Of a stretch of DNA of 64,000 nt, positions 38,686-49,346 are shown in pieces; positions within the stretch are counted from its first letter, which is position 1, and every line of letters begins with the position of its first letter. The stretch comes from a bacterium. Lineage in GTDB: Bacteria > Myxococcota > UBA727 > JAUIJE01. Below the pieces are notes generated by a model that searched no databases, was not told where the DNA came from, and was given only the letters and a program-made list of their open reading frames with translations. The stretch covers positions 387,460 through 451,459 of the forward strand of contig JAUIJE010000005.1 in assembly GCA_030431455.1 (NCBI GenBank). The letters are read 5' to 3'. Made by a program: the position numbers and the translations under genes.

Positions 38686-40284
38686 TCAGCCCTCGGCGAG
38701 CTTTTGTTTGGCTTGGTCGGCGTCGCTGCCGCCCCGGTAGCTCTTTTTGCGGCGGGACGCGCGCCGCCCGCGGATGATCAACGTGACCAGGCCCCCGAGG
38801 AGCATGAGCGGGAAGAGCACCTTTTTGGCCTGACCGAAGGGGCCGCCGTCGGGCAGCGCCTGCTGACAACCGCACATCATGTCGTCCCCGACGCCGGGCT
38901 CGGGCTCGGGGCTCGGCTCGGGCTCGGGCACGCCCGCGTCGGTGACGGGGCGGTTGGCGTCGGTGACCCGCACCTCGATGGGGCTCAACACGAGCTCGTC
39001 ATCGGCGTCGGCGTCGGACAGGTCGCAGGTCACGAACGTGACCTGCTCCGCGGGGCCCACCGCCACCGCCAAGGACAGGTCCGGGCCGCGCTGGTCGTGC
39101 AATGTGCGGGTGGTGTCCGCCCCCTGCCCGGTGACGAAGGCCAGGCCCAACCGCCGCGGGGGCTCGGCGATGCTGCGCACGTCGACGAGCACATCGAGCC
39201 CCCGGGCCGCGGGCGCGGTGGTGGAGAACGCGAAACAGCCCAGGGCATAGGGCGCGGCGTCGTCGGCCAGCCCCGCGAGCAGGGCCCCGTTGAGGCTCGC
39301 CGGGGCCAGGGCCCGCGTGCGCAAGAAGTGCTCGGCGTTGAGCTCGTCGGCGATGACCGGTCCGTCGCCGGGCACCGCTTTGGGCCCCACCAAGGTGCGC
39401 CAGGTCGCGAAATCGAGCAGGATGTCGGGCACGGTGCGGCCCGTTTCCGCCGCGAAGGCGTCCATCCAGTCGGGCTCGTTGGCCATGACCTCGTCCCCCT
39501 GAACGCTGCCGTCCCACAACCGGCGGATGAAGGTCCCGTCCCCGTCGCCGTGCACCTCGTCGAGATAGTGAATGAACAGCCCGGCCCCGTACTCGGGGAG
39601 CAGCCCGAACTCGCCCTGCTCGATCGCCCAGGCAATGCCATTGCTAAAAATCGACAGCGCGGGGACAGACTGAAAGTCCTCGATGTTCTGTTTGTACCCG
39701 ATGGTCTCGGGGTAGGCGGAGAACTCCTGAAACACCGCCCCGGCCTCGAAGAACATCAGGCTCTCGCGGCCATCGATGCCGAACTGCAGGGCGTGCTGAA
39801 ACTCGTGGGCCACGAACGCTTCGATCTCGTTCACGTTGGGATCGATCTGCATGTGGCTCGGCCGCGAGACCCGACCGTCGGCATCGTCCTCGTCGTCGTC
39901 GGCCACGGTGACCGCCCCCGCCCCCGCCAGGCCCGCGAAGTAGACATCGTAGGCGTCGCTGCCCCCGCGGCCGTCGTCGCTCGGCGGGGGCGAAAACCCC
40001 ATGCCCACCACCTGGGCGGTCCACGCCTGCTCCAACAGGTCGAGCACCTCGCCCGCGCGGACCGCCGCTGCCTCCGCCGAGTAGTGCACCCGAAGCGGGT
40101 AGCTCGCCGAGTCGACAAACAGATTCGGCTCGTAGGGCCGGTCTTGGACCGCGAGCCAAGGCAGGGCCTGCGTCCGCCGGCTATTCTCCAGTGCCATTGT
40201 GGCGCAAGGCCGGGCCCCGGCGGGGACGGCCGCGCTCACCAAGGCGACCAACACCGCGCCCGTGAGCCAGGCCGGGGTCTTCAC
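38686..40284 (-). CDS. secreted HExxH-motif protein (putative metalloprotease) with a MYXO-CTERM-like sorting tail
   Basis: Signal peptide present. HEFQHALQ. Acidic D-rich insert. C-terminus CGCQQALPDGGPFGQAKKVLFPLMLLGGLVTLIIRGRRASRRKK (Cys motif + TM + basic tail). Confidence 0.6.
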   Translation of the reverse strand: MKTPAWLTGAVLVALVSAAVPAGARPCATMALENSRRTQALPWLAVQDRPYEPNLFVDSASYPLRVHYSAEAAAVRAGEVLDLLEQAWTAQVVGMGFSPPPSDDGRGGSDAYDVYFAGLAGAGAVTVADDDEDDADGRVSRPSHMQIDPNVNEIEAFVAHEFQHALQFGIDGRESLMFFEAGAVFQEFSAYPETIGYKQNIEDFQSVPALSIFSNGIAWAIEQGEFGLLPEYGAGLFIHYLDEVHGDGDGTFIRRLWDGSVQGDEVMANEPDWMDAFAAETGRTVPDILLDFATWRTLVGPKAVPGDGPVIADELNAEHFLRTRALAPASLNGALLAGLADDAAPYALGCFAFSTTAPAARGLDVLVDVRSIAEPPRRLGLAFVTGQGADTTRTLHDQRGPDLSLAVAVGPAEQVTFVTCDLSDADADDELVLSPIEVRVTDANRPVTDAGVPEPEPSPEPEPGVGDDMMCGCQQALPDGGPFGQAKKVLFPLMLLGGLVTLIIRGRRASRRKKSYRGGSDADQAKQKLAEG

Positions 40285-40775
40285 AACGTCTCCCGAAAGG
40301 ACCGCCCCGCGAACGCCAGGTCGGTGATCTCAAACTCGGTCTCGCCTTTGGGGCGCACCACCGTCACCAGGTCCCCGACCTGTTTGCCCAGCAGCGCCTT
40401 GGCCACCGGCGCGCGCTCGGAGATCGTGCCCTGTTTGCTGTCCGCCTCGCCTTCGCCCACGATGGTCCACACTTTGACCTCGCCCTCTTCGTCCTCGACC
40501 GTGACCGTGGCCCCGAACTGCACCCGGTCGCCGGTGAGGCTCGCGGGGTCGACCACGGTGACGTTCTTCAGCAAACCAGAAAGGTACGAAAGCCGCTTGT
40601 CGATCTCCCGCAGCTTCTTTTTGCCGTAGATGTACTCGGCGTTCTCCGAGCGGTCTCCCTCGGCCGCGGCGTCGGCGACACCTTTGACCACTTTGGGGCG
40701 CTCTTTGGTCAACAGCTCCTCCGCCTCTTGGGAGAGGCGGGCGTATCCGTCCTTGGTCATGTTCTTTGCGGCCAT
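40281..40775 (-). CDS. greA: transcription elongation factor GreA
   Basis: Start MAAKNMTKDGYARL. GreA coiled-coil plus FKBP-like C-terminus (VTVVRPKGETEFEI). The rest of the 428 aa track ORF is spurious. Confidence 0.85.
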   Translation of the reverse strand: MAAKNMTKDGYARLSQEAEELLTKERPKVVKGVADAAAEGDRSENAEYIYGKKKLREIDKRLSYLSGLLKNVTVVDPASLTGDRVQFGATVTVEDEEGEVKVWTIVGEGEADSKQGTISERAPVAKALLGKQVGDLVTVVRPKGETEFEITDLAFAGRSFRETL

Positions 40776-40789
40776 GCCGCGGCCTACCG

Positions 40790-41578
40790 CTATTGGGGCA
40801 AGAGCGAAACGCCCAGCGACGGCAGTGTATAGAACACCACCGTCATCACCAGGCCGAACAACACCGCGGCCAGGACCCACCCATTGCCGAACGAGCCGGC
40901 CACGGCCTCGGCGACCTCGTCGGCGTCGAACGCGTCCGCGGGCAGCGGCGGGGGCGCGGACAACGCGTGCGGGATCTCGATGGCGACGACCCCCATCGCC
41001 TCGCGGGCCCGGCGGGCGGCGTCCTTCTCCCACTGTTTGCGGGCGAGCACCTCGTCGCGCAGCCAGGCCAAGGTCGCGTCTTCCCCGTCGTGGGCGCGCA
41101 CCCGGAGCCACTGGGCAAAGCCCGGCGTCCACACCAGCGTGCTGCCCCGCACTTTGCCTTCGCGGGCGAGCTGGCACATCTCGGCGCGGGTGTAGGGACC
41201 GCGCGGGCGCCCGGCGATGCCGGCGAACCAACACGCCTTCTTGCTCCGCCGCCGCACCTTCGGCAGGTGCACCCCGGTGATCTCCCGGACCACGTGGGGC
41301 AACGGATCGATCGCGCCCGACGCTTTGACCGCGGCGGGGATGGGATCGTTGACCGCGGCGGCGGCGTGCACGTCGGTGAGCTCCACCGAAGCCCGGCGCA
41401 AATGGGGCAAAGCGGGTGAGGTGTCGTCGTGTTTTCCGTCGGTCTGCCGGTCCTCGGACCACACCATGATCGCGCGGCACTTTTTGCATCGCACGCGCAA
41501 CCCCGAGGGGCCCGCATCGGCCACGCGGGAGGTGGGAACGCGGTAGCCCGCGCCACAGGTATGACAATCGAAATGCAT
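40790..41578 (-). CDS. zinc-ribbon (MJ0042-type) + DUF4339/GYF-like + C-terminal TM protein
   Basis: Start MHFDCHTCGAGYRV...RVRCKKC. WFAGIAGRPRGPYTRAEMCQLAREGKVRGSTLVWTPGFAQW is DUF4339-like. Hydrophobic C-terminus. Confidence 0.55.
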   Translation of the reverse strand: MHFDCHTCGAGYRVPTSRVADAGPSGLRVRCKKCRAIMVWSEDRQTDGKHDDTSPALPHLRRASVELTDVHAAAAVNDPIPAAVKASGAIDPLPHVVREITGVHLPKVRRRSKKACWFAGIAGRPRGPYTRAEMCQLAREGKVRGSTLVWTPGFAQWLRVRAHDGEDATLAWLRDEVLARKQWEKDAARRAREAMGVVAIEIPHALSAPPPLPADAFDADEVAEAVAGSFGNGWVLAAVLFGLVMTVVFYTLPSLGVSLLPQ

Positions 41579-41683
41579 GCGCCTCAATTGGGGAAAAGAG
41601 TTCGACCCAAAAATGCTACGCGCGGCGCCGGGAAGCGCAAGTCCGTACATGTAGGTTCGTGTCGGAGATCAACCCGCTGGTCG

Positions 41684-42487
41684 TCAGGGCGGGGCCACTT
41701 TGTAGAGGTCGCGGTACACCCCTTGTTGCACTGGCGCGAACTCCTCGACAAAAAACACGTGGCGCAACAGGTCCGGTGCGCGCCGGTGCAACGTGAGGAG
41801 CTTGGCTGAAAGTCTTTTACTTTCAACGGCTTGCGGGTCTCTGACCACCACCCCATCCGCGGGCACCACCTGGGTCATCGCCACCGTGCTCAGTTGCGGT
41901 CCCGCGCCGTCGAGGTGGGCGTCGGCCGCCGCGGCCACCGAGTCCTCGTCCTGGCCGATGGCGTGGACGCAGGTGAGGTCGACGGTGCCGTCGAGCAACG
42001 CCCGGAGCGCGTTTTTGTAGGAGCCGGCGAAGGCCTGTCGCTTGAACGTGCGCTCGGGGAACATGCCCAGCTGCTTGAGGTGCAACAGGGGCAACAGGTG
42101 CCCGGCCACCGAGTGGGGGTCGACCCAGGCGATGGTCTTGCCCACGTACGACGACAGCTGGGTGCTGTCCCCCCGGCGGGCGACGAACGCCGAGGCGTAG
42201 CTGGTCTGGCCGAAGCGTTTGGACTGCACGATGACCCGGGCACCCGCCGCCTCGCTCTGCGCGCACACGAACGGGGGCGCCCACGCGGCGTCCACCGCGC
42301 CGGACACGATGTTGCGGCTGAGCACTTCGTAGTTCTGCGAGACGGTGACGTCACACGGCACCTGCAGCACCGTCTCCAGCCAGGTGCGCAACCGCTCGGC
42401 CGAGGTGGTCAGCTGGTCGGGTCCGATCGACGGGGGCAGCGCAAAGCGAAACACATCCCGAGCATATCCCGGACCCGGCTTTGCCAA
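41684..42487 (-). CDS. PhnD/SsuA-like substrate-binding-fold protein (no signal peptide)
   Basis: FRFALPPSIGP... resembles the phosphonate-binding family. It lacks a leader and has no adjacent ABC components. Confidence 0.45.
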   Translation of the reverse strand: MAKPGPGYARDVFRFALPPSIGPDQLTTSAERLRTWLETVLQVPCDVTVSQNYEVLSRNIVSGAVDAAWAPPFVCAQSEAAGARVIVQSKRFGQTSYASAFVARRGDSTQLSSYVGKTIAWVDPHSVAGHLLPLLHLKQLGMFPERTFKRQAFAGSYKNALRALLDGTVDLTCVHAIGQDEDSVAAAADAHLDGAGPQLSTVAMTQVVPADGVVVRDPQAVESKRLSAKLLTLHRRAPDLLRHVFFVEEFAPVQQGVYRDLYKVAPP

Positions 42488-42548
42488 ACCGCCCTGGGTC
42501 CTGCGAACATGCCCCCGCCGGCCAGACCGACGCCGGCGAGGAGGACAA

Positions 42549-43203
42549 TGTGCTGAGCCACTTGGTGTTGATGACCGCCATCGCCTCGGGCGCGCCCCAA
42601 GCCAAAACGGTCGATGAGCCCCAGCGCATCGCGGTCGCCTACCTCAAAGCCTTGGCCGGCAACGGCGACGACAACGCCCGCAGCTACCTGCTCGGGGGGC
42701 TGACGCTGACCGCGGAAGACTTCACCATCCCCAACTGGAAGATCAAAAAGCGCGAGCCGGTGCAGAAGGAAAAGGGCGCGATCAAAGCCGCGGTCGCGGA
42801 GATGAACGCCCTCGACCGCTCCGGCCGGATGACCCTGAGCGGGGTGGTCAACCTCGACTCCGAAGAAGCGGTGATGTCCCTGACCCAGGAGCAGGCCGAG
42901 AAGATGCTCGCGCCCACCCGGGCCCGGGCGGAAAAGTTCAAAAAGCGGTTCCCGGTGTTCGCCTACGTCGCGCGGGTGGGCAAAGACGTGTTTTGGCACC
43001 CGAGCAACCCCTGGCGCAATGTCACAGACAAGCTGGGCGACAAGGGCGACTACGAGCTCGAGCTGCACATGTTCCGCATCGAAGAGAAACAAGCCGACGG
43101 CAAATCCCGGGTTTGGCCCCTGCGGGTGCTTCGCATCAAGACCGCCGCCTACGACTCGGGTTGGAAGATCCTCCCCGCGTCGGATTGGGATCCGGAGTTC
43201 TAG
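42549..43203 (+). CDS. hypothetical protein
   Basis: GTG 42549 preceded by GAGGAGGA. The upstream part of the track ORF overlaps the divergent gene start. No recognisable domain. Confidence 0.35.
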
Positions 43204-43234
43204 GGCCCGCAGAGCCCGTCCCACAAAAGGAACG

Positions 43235-44293
43235 ATGAGCGTCACCCTCGACGACCTGTTGCGGCACCCGTTCTGGCTCGCGCCGATGGAGGGCGTCACC
43301 CACCCGGCGTTCCGGGACATCATGGCCGCGCAGGGCGGCATCCAGGTGGTGTGCACCGAGTTTGTGCGGGTGACGAGCACGCCCCACCGGGCTTCGCGGC
43401 TGCAAAAGGTCGTGCACCGGTCAAAGGGCGCGTACCTCTCGGTGCAGGTGATGGGCAAAGACCTCGCGCAGATGAAGAGCGCGGCCGACATCATCGCGCG
43501 GGCCGGGGCGGACGTGGTCGACATCAATCTCGGCTGCCCGTCGCCCAAGGCCGTGCGCGGCGGGGTCGGCTCGGCCATGCTCCAGGACCCGGACCTTTTG
43601 TACGACGTGGTGTGCACCCTGCGGGAGGTGGTCCCGGGGGTGCTCACGGCCAAGATGCGCGCGGGGGTGCACCGCGCGGACGGGGTGTTCGACACCGCGT
43701 CGCTCCTCGAGAAAGCCGGCGTTGACCTCATCGCCGTCCACCCCCGCCGGACCTGTGATGCCTACGAGGGGGTCGCGGACTGGAAGGTGGTGCGCGCCCT
43801 CGCCCGCCACTGCACGGTGCCGATCATCGGCAACGGCGACGTCTGGTACGCCGAGGATGCATGGGCATTGCTGAAGCGCACCGGCGCGGCCGGGGTCATG
43901 ATCGGGCGCGGGGCGCTGCGCAACCCCTGGCTGTTCACCCAGATCGAACAGCTCGGGGCCGGCCGCGCGGTCATGCACCCCGACGGCGACGACGTGCTCG
44001 GTTTTTTCGACCATGTGGTCGAGACCTTCGGCGCGCGGTTTCAGCACGGCCCGCCGATGGGCAAGCTCAAGGAGCTGGTGCGCTGGCTGTCGCGCACCGT
44101 CGACGACCAGGGCGCGAGCAAGGGGCGGCTGCTGCGCCACACGACCTTGGGCCCGCTGCGCGACGAGCTCGCGCGCACCTTCGCGGGCCGGCCCGCGGCC
44201 GACCTCGACCTCGGTCCCGCGGGGCGGTTGCGCCTGGAGCGCTCCGCGCTCACCTCCCTGGACCGCGCCGACGGCCTGCTGTCCGCGGCCTGA
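43235..44293 (+). CDS. dus: tRNA-dihydrouridine synthase
   Basis: LAPMEGVTHPAFR. DINLGCPSPKAVRGGVGSAML. FMN-binding TIM barrel. ATG 43235 with AAAAGGAA SD. Confidence 0.85.
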   Translation: MSVTLDDLLRHPFWLAPMEGVTHPAFRDIMAAQGGIQVVCTEFVRVTSTPHRASRLQKVVHRSKGAYLSVQVMGKDLAQMKSAADIIARAGADVVDINLGCPSPKAVRGGVGSAMLQDPDLLYDVVCTLREVVPGVLTAKMRAGVHRADGVFDTASLLEKAGVDLIAVHPRRTCDAYEGVADWKVVRALARHCTVPIIGNGDVWYAEDAWALLKRTGAAGVMIGRGALRNPWLFTQIEQLGAGRAVMHPDGDDVLGFFDHVVETFGARFQHGPPMGKLKELVRWLSRTVDDQGASKGRLLRHTTLGPLRDELARTFAGRPAADLDLGPAGRLRLERSALTSLDRADGLLSAA

Positions 44294-44316
44294 ACCGCGC
44301 CCGGCCCCGACCGGAT

Positions 44317-44904
44317 ATGGTCGTCGTCGTGAGCGGTCCGACCTTCGAACAGACCCTGGCCAAAAGCCGCGCCGACGCCCGGCCCGCGCCCCCCGACGAG
44401 GGCGTGCCCGCCCAGCGGCTGCCGGGCTTTGTGCGGCGGGGGATCCAGCTCGTGGTCGTGCCCTACCTTTGGCTCGACGACGCGGTGGCCTGGCTGCTGC
44501 GCGGGGTGCTGCCCCCGCCGTACCGGCTGGAGGGGGCCTGTCACGGGACCGGGGCCTGCTGCCGGTACGTGCTCGTGCACTTCCCGCGGGTGGTGGCGAG
44601 GTCGCGGGTCCTGTCCGGCCTGTTGTGGTGGTGGACCACCGAGGTGAACGGCTTTTTTCCCCGGGAGTTCGAACTCGACGAGGTCGAGCCGGGGGCGCGC
44701 ACCTGGGTGATGTCGTGCCGGCACCTGCAAGCCGACGGGCGCTGCGCGACCTACCGGTTTCGGCCGCAGCTGTGCCGGCGGTGGCCGCGGCAGTCGCACG
44801 TGGCGCGCCCGTTTGTGCTCAAGGGATGCGGCTACCGGGTGGTGGCGCGCGACGGCCAAGCGCTCCCCGAGCGCGCGACCAAGCTGCCCATCGTCGACGA
44901 GTAG
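44317..44904 (+). CDS. YkgJ/UPF0153-family zinc/Fe-S-binding protein
   Basis: CHGTGACCRY...CRHLQADGRCATYRFRPQLCRRWP is the CxxCxxCC cluster typical of the family. Confidence 0.6.
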   Translation: MVVVVSGPTFEQTLAKSRADARPAPPDEGVPAQRLPGFVRRGIQLVVVPYLWLDDAVAWLLRGVLPPPYRLEGACHGTGACCRYVLVHFPRVVARSRVLSGLLWWWTTEVNGFFPREFELDEVEPGARTWVMSCRHLQADGRCATYRFRPQLCRRWPRQSHVARPFVLKGCGYRVVARDGQALPERATKLPIVDE

Positions 44905-44932
44905 CGCGGCGGGCGACCGCCCCCCTCAACAC

Positions 44933-44970
44933 AAAAGAAAAACGCACCCTCCACGGGTGCGTTTTTGCTT
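44933..44970. terminator. bidirectional rho-independent terminator between convergent genes
   Basis: AAAAGAAAA-ACGCACCC-tccac-GGGTGCGT-TTTTGCTT. Perfect 8 bp stem flanked by A- and T-runs. Confidence 0.7.
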
Positions 44971-44986
44971 GGGGGCCAAAAGCCGC

Positions 44987-46006
44987 TCAGCGGGCCAGCG
45001 ACCGCTTGAGCAGACGCTGCGCGTAGGTCGCGTCGCTCGCCACCCGGGCGTTGCTCGAGTGCGCGAGCTGCTCGACGCCGGCGAGGGACGCCGGGTGGCC
45101 GATGGTGGCCAGGCTTTGCGCGGCCGATTTCGCGGCCGAGGTGCCGGCGACTTGCGGCAGGACCTCGACGAGGAGCAACGCGGCCTTTTTGCGCAGCTCA
45201 TCGCCCCCGCCGGTGGACTGGTGGGCCCACTTGCTGCCGAGGTTGCCCAGGGCGCGGATCGCGGTCTCGCGGCGGGCCGCGTCCCCGCTCTTCACGGTGC
45301 GGGCGAGCACCGCCAGCGACGCGTCGGTGCGCACCTTGCCGAGGCCGACCAGGGCCCCGTGGTGCACCATCACCGGCGCGGTCTTGTCGGCCAAGGTCGC
45401 GTCGAGGACCGACACCGCGAAGGGCGCGCCGCTCTCCCCGAGCAGCTTGGCCGCGAGGGCCCGCTCGGTCACGGTGCCGGCGCTGCGGATGTCCGCGGCG
45501 AGCACGTGCCCGACCACCGGGTGCTGGCTTTTGGCCAGGGCCACGAGCACGCCCACCCGAAAGGCCTCGGCCTCTTTTTGCATCCAGGCCGGGGCGTTGG
45601 CGCGGGCGTGCGCGGGGTAGTCGGCCGCGGTCCGGGCCTTGAGGAAGTGACCGGGGAAGCGGTGGGCGAACAGGAGCGCGCCCGGGTGCAGCTTCATTTT
45701 GGTGAGGTCACCGGACACCACCGGATCGGGCCGGCGGAACCGGAGGTAGTTCTCCGGGTTGAGCCCGGCGAGGTCGGACAGGTGGGCGAGGTCGTCGCCA
45801 TGTTGCTGGATGGCCTCGAGGACCAAAGCGGTGGACACCTCGTCGAAGTTGGCGTCGGTCACCGCCGCGACCTGGGCCGGCGCGGACAAGGATTGGAGCG
45901 CCTCGGCGCTCTGCACCTGGGACAGCCCGGGCAGGCCCGCGGCCAGCGCGGTGGTGGACAAGGTGGCCACGCAGAGGCCGAGGAGGAAGGAGACGTTGCG
46001 ATTCAT
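44987..46006 (-). CDS. secreted HEAT/ARM-repeat protein
   Basis: Start MNRNVSFLLGLCVATLSTTALAAG (cat 46004-46006). Helical-repeat composition. No catalytic motif. Confidence 0.5.
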   Translation of the reverse strand: MNRNVSFLLGLCVATLSTTALAAGLPGLSQVQSAEALQSLSAPAQVAAVTDANFDEVSTALVLEAIQQHGDDLAHLSDLAGLNPENYLRFRRPDPVVSGDLTKMKLHPGALLFAHRFPGHFLKARTAADYPAHARANAPAWMQKEAEAFRVGVLVALAKSQHPVVGHVLAADIRSAGTVTERALAAKLLGESGAPFAVSVLDATLADKTAPVMVHHGALVGLGKVRTDASLAVLARTVKSGDAARRETAIRALGNLGSKWAHQSTGGGDELRKKAALLLVEVLPQVAGTSAAKSAAQSLATIGHPASLAGVEQLAHSSNARVASDATYAQRLLKRSLAR

Positions 46007-46062
46007 GTCGTTGTTCCTGTCAGAGCGATGCTTCAAAGAAAGAGTCTGGACCAGCCGGTTCA

Positions 46063-48452
<2,390 letters not shown>

Positions 48453-48642
48453 TCAGAACGTGTACCCAGAACGGGCCCCAACGCAAACTGGGCCTGCCGT
48501 CCGATGCGTCGCAGAAAGCCCTGATTTTCGACACAATTTTGTCAATTGAAGATGTACTTACATAAGTACGTTTCCAGCCCCGCCCGGGATCCTTCCGTCC
48601 CCCCCGCGCCGCAACCGCGCCCGCCGCAGCTAACATCGCGCC

Positions 48643-49341
48643 ATGGACCGGCTCTTCGCCCACCACCCCGCCGCGCTCGCGCCCGCCGCCGCCGCCGCGC
48701 TCGCGGCCTGGGTGCGCCACAGTGGCCACCTCGGCCAGAGCCAACTGCGGGGCACGTTTCGCGCGTCGCGCGGCTTCGGCCTGACGTTCACCGACGACAA
48801 CCGCGCGGATCTGCTCGAACGATTCCCCCGCTTGGCCCTCTTCTTGTCGCTGTGCCCGGCCAAGAGCCCGTTTTTGCCCCACCGCCGGCCCAACGCGTTT
48901 TACCTCAACGCCCTGTTCTTGGAGGCGGGCGCGGGGGTGGGCCTGCACGTCGACAGCACCCTCGGCGAGCCCGTCGGCGACGAACAAAAGAGCCCCGAGG
49001 TGGTCACGGTGCTGTACCTCGAGACCCCGGCCGCCGGGGGCCGGCTCGACCTTTTTCTCGGCCGGCGGCCGGTGCTCGACCTCACCCCCGGGGCCGGCGA
49101 CCTCCTGCATTTCCGCGGGGACCTCGGCCACCGGGTCACGCCCGTGACCGCCGGCGCCCGGTTGTCGCTCGTGCTCGAGCAGTATGACCTCACGCCCGCC
49201 GAGCGCGCGGGCCTCCCCGGCTTGGTGCTGCATTCGCGGGGGGACCGCGTGTACCCCCCCACGCCCCCGGGGCCGGGCTTTGACCGGGTGCTCGCCCGCA
49301 AACGGAAAACTGGCGTCCCGGGCGGCGCAAAAGCAGAATAG
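48643..49341 (+). CDS. 2OG-Fe(II) oxygenase superfamily protein
   Basis: GVGLHVDST (HxD), ...HFRGDLGHRVTPV (distal His), ...RLSL. Divergent from the PAD-like gene. Confidence 0.6.
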   Translation: MDRLFAHHPAALAPAAAAALAAWVRHSGHLGQSQLRGTFRASRGFGLTFTDDNRADLLERFPRLALFLSLCPAKSPFLPHRRPNAFYLNALFLEAGAGVGLHVDSTLGEPVGDEQKSPEVVTVLYLETPAAGGRLDLFLGRRPVLDLTPGAGDLLHFRGDLGHRVTPVTAGARLSLVLEQYDLTPAERAGLPGLVLHSRGDRVYPPTPPGPGFDRVLARKRKTGVPGGAKAE

Positions 49342-49346
49342 GCGCG

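Noticed and set aside
36905-38875. 656 aa extended gatA ORF with an N-terminal Arg-rich 170 aa
   Set aside because: The extension overlaps gatC in another frame and has junk composition. The canonical MSAGPYT start overlaps the gatC stop (ATGA).
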